Notes: generated by a model from the sequence alone, not told the origin. Numbered from the stretch's first letter, positions 52,148 through 62,436 are shown. The stretch: 64,000 bases of DNA from Deltaproteobacteria bacterium (GCA_021780225.1 JAJXZF010000045.1:1847-65846); one strand, 5' to 3'. A program made the numbers and translations.

Positions 52148-52166
52148 TGTGAGTAGTCCAGTTCGA

Positions 52167-53012
52167 TTATTGCGCTCGATCGCCGGCTCCGGCCGCCGAT
52201 AGATGTTCCCCGGCAGGATCGGGCTGGACGGGCGCGTCGCCCGAACGCCGTCTGCCGCGCGCGCGGCGTGCTTGCGCCGCGCGGATGCTCAAGGCGCGCG
52301 CGACGATACGGCGGGCTTCCGCGCGCTCCGGCCTGCCGCCAAGATACGCGTAAAGGAAATAGAGTCGTTGCGGACGCGGCGCGTAGCGCCCAATCGTTCG
52401 ATCCAGATGTATCAAATTGAGCAGCCGCCGCTTTTCAGAAATTCGGCGGGCGCCCCGGATATCTTCCAGATCGACAAAATAGACCGTCACGCCGCCGTCG
52501 CCAGTTTCCCGCAGCATCAGGTTGGTCTCCTGCAGATCGCGCGAGTAGATGCCCGTGTCGTGCAGACGGCGGATTTCGCGCGCGATTAGCGCCGCGAGCC
52601 GGCGGCGATGGCGAAAGGCGGGTTTGCCGCCCGCAAAATAGACCGCGTCCAGAACACGAGCTCCATCAAGCGCTTCGCACAGGATAAAACTGTCTTGCAC
52701 AGATCCGAAGGATCGCGCCTCGACCGCCGCCAGCAGTTCAGCCCGGCGAAATCCGCCGGCGGCCAGAATCGACGCGCCCCGGATTGCGCGGCGGGCGCGC
52801 GAGCCGCGGATCCGCGTGAGCAATCCTTTCAGCCACGACCCCTCGTTGACGCGCTTGACGAAGACCCGCTGACCGTCCACGTTGGCGACACCCGCGACTG
52901 TCCGGGCGGTTCGCTTGACCGGCTCGAACGCCGCGGCCATTGCAAGAGCGCCTGGGCCGACCGCCAGCGATCGCCATCGCGGGCCTGCCGCAAAGAGAAC
53001 GACGTTACGCAT
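52167..53012 (-). CDS. LPS kinase (Kdo/WaaP/InaA) family protein
   Basis: VFVKR, RGSRARR, LHDTGIYSRDLQETNLM, FVDLE, NLIHL. Start at ATG 53012 or 53051. Confidence 0.8.
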   Translation of the reverse strand: MRNVVLFAAGPRWRSLAVGPGALAMAAAFEPVKRTARTVAGVANVDGQRVFVKRVNEGSWLKGLLTRIRGSRARRAIRGASILAAGGFRRAELLAAVEARSFGSVQDSFILCEALDGARVLDAVYFAGGKPAFRHRRRLAALIAREIRRLHDTGIYSRDLQETNLMLRETGDGGVTVYFVDLEDIRGARRISEKRRLLNLIHLDRTIGRYAPRPQRLYFLYAYLGGRPERAEARRIVARALSIRAAQARRARGRRRSGDAPVQPDPAGEHLSAAGAGDRAQ

Positions 53013-53157
53013 CCGTCGGTTCAGACTAGCCGATTCGGCGCCGGTAGGCATCGGCGGTCCGGACGCCGCCGCGGCTGTCTCGGACCAGGTTGGGATATCG
53101 TCGGTACACGTCGTGGCGCCGCCGGACGGGCCGGGACGATCGGTGAATGCGAACGAT

Positions 53158-53586
53158 CTATCGGCCTAATGCGTAACGTATCGTGTTGAGGATGTAGATA
53201 AAATCGCGCGTTCCGGGAACGTTTCCCATCGCCGCCACCCGCTCCAGCAGCTCCATCTCGTCTTTCTTAATCCGGTGCGACCGCCGCAAGCCGGAATCTC
53301 GGCGAAACTCGTCCCAAGCCGACAAATTGAGGCCATGACCGTCAGATTGAAGCATCTCGACCGTGTGCGGATTTGCAAGGAAGTACAAATCGCGGCCGTC
53401 GGTCTGCAACACTTCCGCCAAACGGCCGAGGATTTTGTCCGAAGGATGGCGCTTGTCCGCTTCGAGATGGCCGATGTATGCCGTCGAGGTATTAATCCGC
53501 CGTGCGACCTCACGCTGCGTGAGGTTCAATTCGCGTCGTCGTTCGCGAATCATCTGTCCAAAAGTTCGTTCTTTTCGCCTGACCAT
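53158..53586 (-). CDS. XRE-family HTH regulator with unassigned C-terminal domain
   Basis: FGQMIRERRRELNLTQREVA...STAYIGHLE..KRHPS..LAEVL. Confidence 0.88.
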   Translation of the reverse strand: MVRRKERTFGQMIRERRRELNLTQREVARRINTSTAYIGHLEADKRHPSDKILGRLAEVLQTDGRDLYFLANPHTVEMLQSDGHGLNLSAWDEFRRDSGLRRSHRIKKDEMELLERVAAMGNVPGTRDFIYILNTIRYALGR

Positions 53587-53997
53587 TCGAATCCGGCTGC
53601 CAAATCACAGTCCGGTCCTCCTGCGAAGTCTGTCATCCGTCTCGATTAACGGCCGTCGCATCTGGTCTGCTTCTCGCAAGATGGCGCGCCAGTAATTCGC
53701 TGTCGGACAATTGGCGACGTTCCATCGAGGTTCTGACCAGAAATATTCGCGCTTCAATTTTGAATGCCGCGATTGCCGCATGAACCAGACGTTAGCCGGC
53801 GAATCGCAAGATAATCATAAATTTTGCCGGAATTGACCAGATTTATACAGAAATCGTCGCATTTGGTCGCAATTGCGACAAACAGACCAGCACCGACCCC
53901 GCTTGCGGGCGCCGCATCGATGGTCTGGCGACGGGGCTATAAACGCACGCTTTGACGCCAGGCGCCGGTCGCGTCGCGATCGGTTCGTAAACGATGA

Positions 53998-54351
53998 TCA
54001 ATTGCCGTAGGGATTGCGGCCGTTATTCAGGTAGATCGAGAAATCCTTAACATCGGCGATTTGATGCGGCGGACTGGAAAAATCAGCCGTGGCGCCCGCG
54101 TCGAGACGTTTGACCGCGATGGTGTCCTCGCCGAGCGGACGTCCGTTCGCATCGTAATAATGCACTTCCATGTCGAAAGCGCGCGGCCGATCGCCGGTGT
54201 TTTGCAGACGCGCCGTTACATACACGCCATTGGAATCATGTTCCAGCCGGCTCGAAATGACTTGAACCGGCTGAACCGAAAAGAACGCGTGCGCCACCAG
54301 CGCGCCAAAGGCCAGACCGGCGCCGAGCACAATCCATGAGGACTTCTTCAT
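53998..54351 (-). CDS. FxLYD-like Ig-fold exported protein
   Basis: N-terminal TM/signal; V.ARLQNTGD, VHYYDANG..LG, L.AG.T.DF. Confidence 0.65.
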   Translation of the reverse strand: MKKSSWIVLGAGLAFGALVAHAFFSVQPVQVISSRLEHDSNGVYVTARLQNTGDRPRAFDMEVHYYDANGRPLGEDTIAVKRLDAGATADFSSPPHQIADVKDFSIYLNNGRNPYGN

Positions 54352-54391
54352 TGATCGGCGCGAAAAATACTGCTTCGCTTTGCCGCGTTCC

Positions 54392-55555
54392 TCAATATGA
54401 ACGCGGCAGTTTGAGCACGTGCTCGCTGATTGTATTCAGGACCATCTCCTGCGAGACCGGCGCAATCTTCAACATCCGGCATTCGCGGAAAAAGCGTTCG
54501 ACGTCGTATTCCTGCATGTAGCCGTAGCCGCCGAGGGTCTGCACCGCGCGATCGCAGGCCTCGAAGCCCGCCTCGGCCGCCCGCAGCTTGGCGATATTCG
54601 CCTCGGGGCCGCAGGGCTTGTTGTGGTCGAACAGCCATGCCGCCTTCATCATCATCAGCTCCGCGACTTCCAGCTTCGCGTAGGCGTCGGCCAATGGATG
54701 CGCGATCGCCTGGTTCTGCCCGATCGGCCGGCCAAAGACGATTCTTTCCTTGGCATAACGCACCGCGCGATCGACCACCGAACGTCCGATGCCGATCGCT
54801 TCCGCCGCGATCAGAATCCGTTCGGGATTCAATCCGTCCAGCAGGGTATGAAATCCCCGGCCTTCCTCGCCCACCAGGTCCGCCGCGGAGACCTTGAGAT
54901 TGTCGATGAACAGCATGTTGGTGTCGACCGCATGCCGGCCCAGCTTCAGCAACTCGCGCACTTCGATCGCGTTGCGATCGACGTCGGCGAAAAAAAGCGT
55001 CATGCCGTCGGTCTTTTTCTTCACCTGCTCGATCGGCGTGGTGCGCGTCAGCAGCAGCATCTTGTGCGCTTCCTGCGCCTTGGTGGTGAAGACCTTGCGG
55101 CCGTTGACGACGTAGTTGTCGCCCTCGCGGCGCGCGAAAGTCTTGATATGCGTGATGTCGTTGCCGGCGTCGGGCTCGGTGACGGCGAAGGATACGTGCA
55201 TCTGGCCGCTGATGACACGTGGAAGATAGCGCTGCTTGATCTCCTCCGAACCGTGCCGAATCAGCGGCGCGAGCCCGAAGATGCCGAGATGAATCGAGCT
55301 TGCCGCGTTCATCGCGCCGGCGTAGGCGACTTCTTTCATCACCAGCGCGCCCTCGGTAATGCCGAGACCGCTGCCGCCATATTCCTCTGGAATCGCGATG
55401 CCGAGGTAGCCGGCGTCGGCGACGGCCTGATAGAACTCGTTGGGAAATTCCTTGCGCTGGTCTTTCCCGCGCCAATATTCGTCCGGGAAGCGCCCGCATA
55501 GCGCGCGCACGCCTTCGACAATTTCTTTCTGCGAATCGCTCAGTTCAAAATCCAT
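54392..55555 (-). CDS. Acyl-CoA dehydrogenase
   Basis: IPEEYGGSG, AVTEPDAG, NGRKVFTT, LNPERI, FGRPIGQNQ, QTLGGYGY..EY.VER..R. Confidence 0.95.
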   Translation of the reverse strand: MDFELSDSQKEIVEGVRALCGRFPDEYWRGKDQRKEFPNEFYQAVADAGYLGIAIPEEYGGSGLGITEGALVMKEVAYAGAMNAASSIHLGIFGLAPLIRHGSEEIKQRYLPRVISGQMHVSFAVTEPDAGNDITHIKTFARREGDNYVVNGRKVFTTKAQEAHKMLLLTRTTPIEQVKKKTDGMTLFFADVDRNAIEVRELLKLGRHAVDTNMLFIDNLKVSAADLVGEEGRGFHTLLDGLNPERILIAAEAIGIGRSVVDRAVRYAKERIVFGRPIGQNQAIAHPLADAYAKLEVAELMMMKAAWLFDHNKPCGPEANIAKLRAAEAGFEACDRAVQTLGGYGYMQEYDVERFFRECRMLKIAPVSQEMVLNTISEHVLKLPRSY

Positions 55556-56062
55556 CGGTCATCTCCCAAGGCGTTCCGGGAATTCGGGCGTTCGCCCCCG
55601 GAAGGATTTGCAGCGCCAATTATTACCTGTACGGCTGCGTACCTTCCAATCGAAATCGCACTGCCCGCGGATTTCTCCGCAATCGCGGGATTGGTGCAAA
55701 GTAATTCGCGGCATTTTTTTTGCTCTAAACGTTTTTGTGCAATTTTTAAGCGGGAGGGACAGGCTCCACGGATTGCCCGATTTGCTATGATAGACGCTGA
55801 TTTCATCGATTGAAGTCCGATCAGTTCGTTAATAGCGCGAGCAGCGGCGGCGCCTGTTTGATGGGCAGGCGCCTTTAACGTAGGCGTTTGCCTCCGTCGT
55901 GATTTCGTGAAAAATGACGTGATCATCGCGTCGGTCGAAAACCTGTGCGTCGGAAGATCGAAAGTTCGGCGCTCTGCTCCAGTCAAAGACGCGCCGCCGA
56001 TTCGGTTGCTCGGCGGTAAAGAACGTTACCATGGGTCGGCCGTCCCGTAAGCGGCCAGGAGG

Positions 56063-57502
56063 ATGGCGAGTCAAATGACTCCGAAACAAGTTCTACAAAC
56101 GATTAAAGAAAAGGGCGTCGTGATGGTCGATATAAAGTTTATCGACCTGCTTGGCACCTGGCAGCATTTCTCCGCGCCGATTTCCGAATTCAAGGACGAG
56201 GCGCCGTTCGAGGAAGGTTTGGGCTTCGACGGCTCGTCGATCCGCGGATGGCAGTCGATCGACAACTCCGACATGCTCGTCATCCCCGACCCGACGACCG
56301 CCGTCCTTGATCCGTTCACCAAGGATCCAACGCTCTCGATTATTTGCACGGTGCAGGATCCGATCACGCGCGCCGACTACTCGCGCGATCCGCGCAACGT
56401 CGCGCGCAAGGCCGAAGCCTATCTGAAGTCAACCGGCATCGGCGACGTCGCCTTTTTCGGTCCGGAGCCGGAGTTCTTCATCTTCGACAGCGTTCGTTTC
56501 GACACCACCCAGAACTCCAGCTATCACTTCATCGAGTCGAACGAAGGCAACTGGAACAGCGGACGCCCGGATTCGCTGAAAGGCGGCCTGAATCTCGGCT
56601 ACAAGGTCAAGAACAAGGAAGGCTACTTCCCGGCGCCGCCGACCGACAGCCTGCAGGACATCCGCACCGAGATGGTGCTGGTGATGGAGCAGGTCGGCAT
56701 CCGCGTCGAAAAGCAGCATCACGAAGTCGCGACGGCCGGACAGGCGGAAATCGACATGCGCTTCCAGTCGCTCGTGAAGATGGCCGACTGGCTCACCTGG
56801 TACAAATACATCGTCAAGAACGTGGCCGCCCGCCACGGCATGACGGCGACTTTCATGCCCAAGCCGATTTTTGGCGACAACGGCACCGGCATGCATACCC
56901 ATCAGAGCCTCTGGAAGGGCGAGACGCCGCTCTTCGCGGGCAACGGCTATGCCGGAATGTCGGAATTGGCGATGCATTACATCGCGGGAATTCTGCATCA
57001 CGCGCCGGCGCTCGCCGCGTTCACCAATCCGGGCACGAACTCGTATCGCCGCCTGGTGCCGGGTTTCGAAGCGCCGATCAACCTTGCGTATTCCAGCCGG
57101 AATCGCTCGGCTTCGGTGCGTATCCCGATGTACTCGCCGTCGCCCAAGGCGAAGCGTATCGAAGTGCGCTTCCCCGATCCGACCTGCAACCCGTATCTCG
57201 CGTTCTCCGCGATGATGATGGCGGGCATCGACGGAATCCAGCGCCGCCTCGATCCCGGACAGCCGCTCGACAAGGATATTTACGCGCTGTCGCCCGCCGA
57301 GCTGGCCGAAGTGCCGAGCATGCCGGCCTCGCTCGAAGAGTCGCTCGCCAACCTCAAGAAGGACCATGAGTTCCTGCTCAAGGGCGACGTTTTTACCGAG
57401 GACCTGATCGAGACCTGGATCGATTACAAAATGGCCAAGGAAGTGAGCGCGATTCGCTTGCGCCCGCATCCGTACGAGTTCCATCTATATTTCGACGCGT
57501 AA
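56063..57502 (+). CDS. glnA: Glutamine synthetase type I (beta)
   Basis: [56 protein letters not shown] (adenylylation Tyr region), RPHPYEF. AGGAGG RBS. Confidence 0.99.
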   Translation: MASQMTPKQVLQTIKEKGVVMVDIKFIDLLGTWQHFSAPISEFKDEAPFEEGLGFDGSSIRGWQSIDNSDMLVIPDPTTAVLDPFTKDPTLSIICTVQDPITRADYSRDPRNVARKAEAYLKSTGIGDVAFFGPEPEFFIFDSVRFDTTQNSSYHFIESNEGNWNSGRPDSLKGGLNLGYKVKNKEGYFPAPPTDSLQDIRTEMVLVMEQVGIRVEKQHHEVATAGQAEIDMRFQSLVKMADWLTWYKYIVKNVAARHGMTATFMPKPIFGDNGTGMHTHQSLWKGETPLFAGNGYAGMSELAMHYIAGILHHAPALAAFTNPGTNSYRRLVPGFEAPINLAYSSRNRSASVRIPMYSPSPKAKRIEVRFPDPTCNPYLAFSAMMMAGIDGIQRRLDPGQPLDKDIYALSPAELAEVPSMPASLEESLANLKKDHEFLLKGDVFTEDLIETWIDYKMAKEVSAIRLRPHPYEFHLYFDA

Positions 57503-57540
57503 GCCGCGCGCCTGCGCTTCGCGAGATTGCCGATAACCAT

Positions 57541-57575
57541 CGGGCGGCGGGAGCGATCCCGCCGCCCGGCTTTTT
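57541..57575 (+). terminator. Intrinsic terminator after glnA
   Basis: CGGGCGGCGGGA-GCGA-TCCCGCCGCCCG followed by GCTTTTT. Confidence 0.8.
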
Positions 57576-57713
57576 ATTCCCCACCTGCGTTGATCACGGC
57601 CTCGACTCTCTCGCAAATTGCGAATCGTTTCTCGAAAAAATCACTTTGCCGAGATCGTCAGATTTTTTGATCGTCGTCTCCGAGCGATTTTAACAGGATC
57701 GATAAAATGTCGC

Positions 57714-57726
57714 TAAATATCTGATT
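57714..57726 (-). promoter_or_regulatory. Putative IHF site
   Basis: Reverse complement AATCAGATATTTA fits WATCARNNNNTTR; lies in an AT-rich tract upstream of the sigma54 motif. Confidence 0.5.
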
Positions 57727-57788
57727 TTATTGTATTTTTTGTAAACTGCCAGTTTCAGATTCGCAGTTGTTGGCTCCGCGATTGTGAT

Positions 57789-57804
57789 TTGGCACGAAAA
57801 TCGC
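57789..57804 (+). promoter_or_regulatory. Sigma54 (RpoN) -24/-12 promoter
   Basis: TTGGCACGAAAATCGC has GG-N10-GC with a consensus TGGCACG -24 box. Confidence 0.7.
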
Positions 57805-57886
57805 TTCAGTTTCGTTCTGAACTTGGCGGCGTACGGCGGACTTTCCGCCGACGCCAGCTCAATAGTCCGGAGGAATTCCGAGAGTC

Positions 57887-58228
57887 ATGAAGAACCTTAA
57901 AGCTGTCGTGATGGTTGGCGCCGCAGCATTCCTTGGCGCGGCCGCCCTTCCCGCCGCCGCCTTCGACACCAATCAGGTTCCGGTGATCGTTGCGGATGTG
58001 GTTCCGACTCAAGCGCAGATTCAACAGCAGCTCGCCGACCTCCACGCTCGGCTGCTCGCGGCCAAAGAAGCAGGCTCGTACAATTCGGTCGCCGAGAGCA
58101 ATTATCTCGCGGCGGAGCGGATGTATGAATTTGGACGTTACGACACGGCCGCTCGCGACATCGATATAGCGAAGGCGGCGGTGCTGCCGGCGCCGAACTG
58201 GCTGCCGCCGCCCACGGCGTCTCGTTAG
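57887..58228 (+). CDS. Small secreted hypothetical protein
   Basis: GGAGG RBS; signal peptide MKNLKAVVMVGAAAFLGAAALPAAA; helical-looking body; own terminator. Confidence 0.75.
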   Translation: MKNLKAVVMVGAAAFLGAAALPAAAFDTNQVPVIVADVVPTQAQIQQQLADLHARLLAAKEAGSYNSVAESNYLAAERMYEFGRYDTAARDIDIAKAAVLPAPNWLPPPTASR

Positions 58229-58279
58229 GTCTCCGCGTCGGCGAGGCGCGCGTTCCCCAAAAGTCCTCGCTTCCCCCAG

Positions 58280-58318
58280 GGGGCAGGCAGACTCCCCACT
58301 GCCTGCCCCATTCTTTTT
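58280..58318 (+). terminator. Intrinsic terminator
   Basis: GGGGCAGGCAG / 8-nt loop / CTGCCTGCCCC followed by ATTCTTTTT. Confidence 0.75.
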
Positions 58319-58481
58319 CCATCGCGCGCAAAGCAAAAATTCTTCGCTGGCCGAAAGGGTTGGCGGAACAAGAAAAGTCGCCTGTCGCGCGCCATGCGGT
58401 TACGATTGCGGCGTCAGCGCGCGGCGCGGCCGATTGTGCAATGTGGCGAATCGCGCAGGCGTCGCGCGGCGGAGGATTTCG

Positions 58482-58689
58482 ATGCCGTTGATTCGCGCCA
58501 ATTTCGCCGATCCGATCGGCGCGATCGCTTTGTGCAATTATGCGCTGTGATTTCCGCTCCGCACGCCCGGCAAAATTTAGTCCGCCGGCCATATCGTGGG
58601 CGAACTGCCCGAAGCCGACGGCGGCCCGCAGCCGCGATTATCGCGAAGGAGTGCGGGCGTTTTTGGAAAAGCTCCGCACCATTTTCTGA
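58482..58689 (+). pseudogene. Internally deleted crotonase (enoyl-CoA hydratase / methylmalonyl-CoA decarboxylase-like) remnant
   Basis: GGAGGA RBS then MPLIRANFADPIGAIALCNYAL*; about 90 nt later, in another frame, SRDYREGVRAFLEK..F, matching the crotonase C-terminal D..EG..AF.EKR.P.F motif. Confidence 0.5.
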
Positions 58690-58746
58690 GCCGAACGTAA
58701 AGTTCGATGCATCACCGGCGCGATGCTAGAATACGGCGATCGAAAG

Positions 58747-60807
58747 ATGGCCAACGTTCGATTTTCGTCGCGTCTCCTTCTCTTTGCTCTGGTTTTCGCA
58801 TCCGTTATCGCCGCATCGGCGTCCGCAGATCCGTCGCCTGCCGCGCCGGCGAATTCGCCCGCCGCGGCCATGTCCACCGCGCATCCGAGCGCCGCGGCGT
58901 CGCCGCCCGCCCGCCAAGCCAATCCGGCGCTTGCCGTGCACGATGCGCGCACGGCGGTTATTTCGTATTTGAGCGATGTAATCGGATGGCGCCGCAGGCT
59001 TGGCGAAGAAATCCGCGCCGCTCGCGATCCGGTGGAAATCCTGTTCGTCTCCGACGACCGCCAGATGGCCGACGAAGTCGTCTCGCTCGCTTTCGCATAC
59101 GCGCGCGCCGAGGCGGTCCTGCTTAAATCGATCTATGGCCCCGACAGCGGCGCGGCGCAGGACGTCCAGGTGTCTCCCGGAGCTTCGTCCGGTCTGCGCG
59201 CTCTGCTCGCCCGCCGCGATCAAATCGTCGCCGCGCTCACGGCTGCGAAAGTCCGCCTCGCCGCCCTGCAACGCCGGGCGCGCTCCGCGCCGCGCGGCGG
59301 TCGCGCCTCGATCGAACAGAAAATCGTCACCGCGCAGGGAGAAATCGCGCTTTTGCAATCCCAGTTGGATTCGGTCACCGCGCTGATCGCGTTCGAATCC
59401 GGCAGTGGTCCCGCGGGCGGCTCGGCCTTTAACGCGCAAATCGACGAACTCGAACGCAGCGTTCCGCAATTCGCGTCGGCCAAACCCGCCGCCTCCTCGT
59501 TCTCGTCCAATGCGCAATCCGCGGCCGTGCTTGGCTTCTTTGGCGGTTTCGGCGAACTGCTCCGCCTGACGCACAAAGATCAGATGCTCGACGCGCAGGT
59601 CAAAGCGACCACCAGGTTCGCCGAAGAAGTGGAGAGTCAGCGCGCTCCGCTGCTGAATATGCTGCAAGAGGTGATTCGCGAGGGCCAAACCGCCGCCGCC
59701 CAGACCCGCTCCAACGATATCGCCACGCTGAACGCCAGCAAAAGCGCCTTCGACGAACTTACCGCCCGCCAGAAGCTCATCTCCGACGCGCTCGTGCCGC
59801 TCTCGAAGCAGCAGATGACGCTCAGCCTCTATATCTCGAATCTCAACCGCTGGATCGCCTTTGTGGGCGCACGCTTCAAGCGCGAGGTGCGCTCGTTGAT
59901 TCTGCGGACGACGGGATTCGCGATGCTCTTTGGCTTTATTTTCGGCGCCGCCGCGCTGTGGCGCGTCCTGACCTTCCGCTACATCGGCGACCATCAGCGC
60001 CGGCATCAATTGATGAAACTGCGCCGGCTGATCCTGACGATCGTCATCGTGATGATCGTCCTGCTCGATTTCGCCAACGAACTCGGCGCGCTGGCCACGA
60101 TCATGGGCTTTGCCGCGGCGGGCATCGCGCTGGCTCTGCAGAATGTATTCGTTTCCGTGGCGGGATATTTTTACGCGAGCGGCCGCTTCGGCATCCGGGT
60201 GGGCGATCGCATCCAGATTGCCGGCGTCACCGGCGACGTGCTTGAGTTGAGCCTCTTCAAGCTGACCATGATGGAGCTGTCGGCGAATTCGGACGCCTTG
60301 CAGCCGACCGGCCGCGTCGTGGTCTTCGCCAACTCGATTCTGTTTCAGGGCAACGCCAATTTCTTCAAGCCGCTTCCCGGCGCGAAGTACGAATGGAACG
60401 AGCTGCGGTTGACGCTCGCGCCCGATTGCGACTGGCGTCTCGCCGAAAAGCGCGTGGACGAGGTCGTCGGCGAGGTGTTTGCGCGCTTTCGCGACGCGAT
60501 CGAGCGCGACTACCGCCACGTCGAGTCCAGCCTCAATGTGCGGTTCGAAACGCCCCGCCCGCAGACGCGGCTGCATCTGGGCGCCAACGGCCTCGAGATC
60601 ATCCTGCGCTATCCCGCGCCGATCGCGCGGGCGATGGAATCGGCGGATGAATTGACCCGCCGCCTGCTCGACGCGCTCGCGCGCGAGCCCGGCCTCCGGC
60701 TGGTCGCGACCTCGACGCCGGCGCTGCAGCGCGCCCCGGAACCCGCCGCTCCATCCGCGCCCGCCCCGGCCGAAACCTCTGCTGCGCGCGCGAAAGCCGT
60801 GCGATAA
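58747..60807 (+). CDS. MscS-family mechanosensitive channel with large periplasmic coiled-coil N-terminus
   Basis: Signal peptide; GFAAAGIALALQN..SVAG, IRVGDRIQI.GVTGDV, TGRVVVFANS. Confidence 0.9.
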   Translation: MANVRFSSRLLLFALVFASVIAASASADPSPAAPANSPAAAMSTAHPSAAASPPARQANPALAVHDARTAVISYLSDVIGWRRRLGEEIRAARDPVEILFVSDDRQMADEVVSLAFAYARAEAVLLKSIYGPDSGAAQDVQVSPGASSGLRALLARRDQIVAALTAAKVRLAALQRRARSAPRGGRASIEQKIVTAQGEIALLQSQLDSVTALIAFESGSGPAGGSAFNAQIDELERSVPQFASAKPAASSFSSNAQSAAVLGFFGGFGELLRLTHKDQMLDAQVKATTRFAEEVESQRAPLLNMLQEVIREGQTAAAQTRSNDIATLNASKSAFDELTARQKLISDALVPLSKQQMTLSLYISNLNRWIAFVGARFKREVRSLILRTTGFAMLFGFIFGAAALWRVLTFRYIGDHQRRHQLMKLRRLILTIVIVMIVLLDFANELGALATIMGFAAAGIALALQNVFVSVAGYFYASGRFGIRVGDRIQIAGVTGDVLELSLFKLTMMELSANSDALQPTGRVVVFANSILFQGNANFFKPLPGAKYEWNELRLTLAPDCDWRLAEKRVDEVVGEVFARFRDAIERDYRHVESSLNVRFETPRPQTRLHLGANGLEIILRYPAPIARAMESADELTRRLLDALAREPGLRLVATSTPALQRAPEPAAPSAPAPAETSAARAKAVR

Positions 60808-60853
60808 ACGAACCGCATCTTTGTGACGCCCAGGATCCAAGCGGGTTGGTTCT

Positions 60854-62284
60854 ATGAACGGAGATAGTGAGACGCGGGATATCGCGGGATCCTTCCGAAA
60901 CGTCATCGGTGCGGCGAGCATCTCGCGTCGCGGAGGTTCATCCTGGCCGCTGTGGGCGATGGGAGTTGCGGCCTTCGCCCTGCGTCTCGCCCCGATGCTC
61001 CGTCACAGTCTCGGATGGGCGATGGGCAACAGCGATTCGCGACGCTACGTCGAGCTGGCCGAGGGGATGCGCGCCGGATGCGGTTTCGCACCGCTGGTCG
61101 ATGGACGTTGCGGACTTCCGGAAGTATTGAGAACTCCCGGCTATCCGTTATTACTCGCCGCGACGCCGTCGCTTGGGGCGGCGCTCTTCGTTCAGGCGGT
61201 AATCGGGGCGGCGCTTTGCGTGGCTGTCGGATATTTCGTCTTTATGTGGTGGGGAGGGCGCGCCGCGCTGATCGCGGAAACCTTGATTGTCCTGGACGCG
61301 CCCTCGATCATTCAGGGCTCGCGAATCTTGTCCGACTCGCTCTTTCAAGCGATGCTGGCCGTCGCCGTAATCGTGCAACTGGGCGTGATCGCGCGCGGCC
61401 GTTTCGATAGGCGGGCTATTATTGAACTGTTTGGCTCCGCGTTTCTGCTCGCGGCGTCCATTATGGTACGGCCGGTCGGGTTTTTGCTGCCGCTGATTGC
61501 GCCGCTGCCTTTTTTCTTTCTGCCGCGAAATAACTGGCGCAAAACCGTCGGTTGCGCTCTGTGCGCTTTCGCGCTGCCGGCTCTCGCGGTCGGCGGATGG
61601 ATGGCGCGCAACGCAGCCGAAACAGGCGTTTGGACGCTGAGTACGGACGTTGCTTTGGACCTCTATTATTTCAAAGCCGGCGGCGTCATTTGGTATCGGG
61701 AAGCAAGGCCGTTTCCCGCGATAATGGACGAACTCGCCCGCCGAATTGGTAGACCGAACGCGAACGATTACCCGGACACCCCGGTTGGATTGGCGCCGCG
61801 AATGACCCGAGACGCGGTAAAAATTCTGATGCACGATCCAGTCGCGACGATAATTACGACGTTGCGCTCGTTCGTATGGCTCGCGGTCGTTCCCGATCGT
61901 GGTGGACTGAACGAGCTAATTAACGAAAATGCGGGCGCGACCTCGTATCTGGCGGCGACGGGTCAAATCCGCGCGCGGCTTCGACAACTTTTTCACTCTC
62001 CGTTGTTGACAGCACTTGTTGTCCTGCAATTGGCTCTTAATTCCCTCGTCTGGATAGGAGTGGCGCGTGCGATTCTCGCTTGGCGATGGAGTTCGTCGCG
62101 GGAAATCGCCGTCGAAATCATTCCGCTCGTCATTGCCCTTGCGATGATCGGATTGGCCGCCGGAGCCGAAGCGTATGCTCGTTACCGGATGCCCGCAGCC
62201 CCGCTGCTGGCGATTCTCGCCGGAATCGGATGGGCGGGCGCCCGGCTTCCGTTCGGTCCTCGAGAGCAGGAATCTCATATATAA
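60854..62284 (+). CDS. GT-C-like (ArnT/PMT-type) polytopic membrane glycosyltransferase
   Basis: DS..Y..LA and RTPGYP.LLA after TM1, LSDSLF, VRP, W..RN, RYR.P..P.L; many TM segments. Confidence 0.7.
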   Translation: MNGDSETRDIAGSFRNVIGAASISRRGGSSWPLWAMGVAAFALRLAPMLRHSLGWAMGNSDSRRYVELAEGMRAGCGFAPLVDGRCGLPEVLRTPGYPLLLAATPSLGAALFVQAVIGAALCVAVGYFVFMWWGGRAALIAETLIVLDAPSIIQGSRILSDSLFQAMLAVAVIVQLGVIARGRFDRRAIIELFGSAFLLAASIMVRPVGFLLPLIAPLPFFFLPRNNWRKTVGCALCAFALPALAVGGWMARNAAETGVWTLSTDVALDLYYFKAGGVIWYREARPFPAIMDELARRIGRPNANDYPDTPVGLAPRMTRDAVKILMHDPVATIITTLRSFVWLAVVPDRGGLNELINENAGATSYLAATGQIRARLRQLFHSPLLTALVVLQLALNSLVWIGVARAILAWRWSSSREIAVEIIPLVIALAMIGLAAGAEAYARYRMPAAPLLAILAGIGWAGARLPFGPREQESHI

Positions 62285-62436
62285 AGGAACCTGTTTCGAA
62301 GTGTATGAATGACGGATTGCGTCCGCCAGGCGTTCTGGCTGTAGCTGGTCGCGACCTCGACGACGCCGCTAAGCCCTTCGGCGGAGCGAAACCCGCCGCC
62401 TGATTCTCGAAGATGGTTCGGGAAGAGCGCTCAAGC

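Noticed and set aside
53676-53691. Possible sigma54 promoter TGGCGCGCCATCTTGC upstream of the XRE gene
   Set aside because: GG-to-GC spacing is 11 rather than the required 10.
55800-56062. Known glnA (glutamine) riboswitch
   Set aside because: I could not match the conserved glnA-motif sequences by eye.
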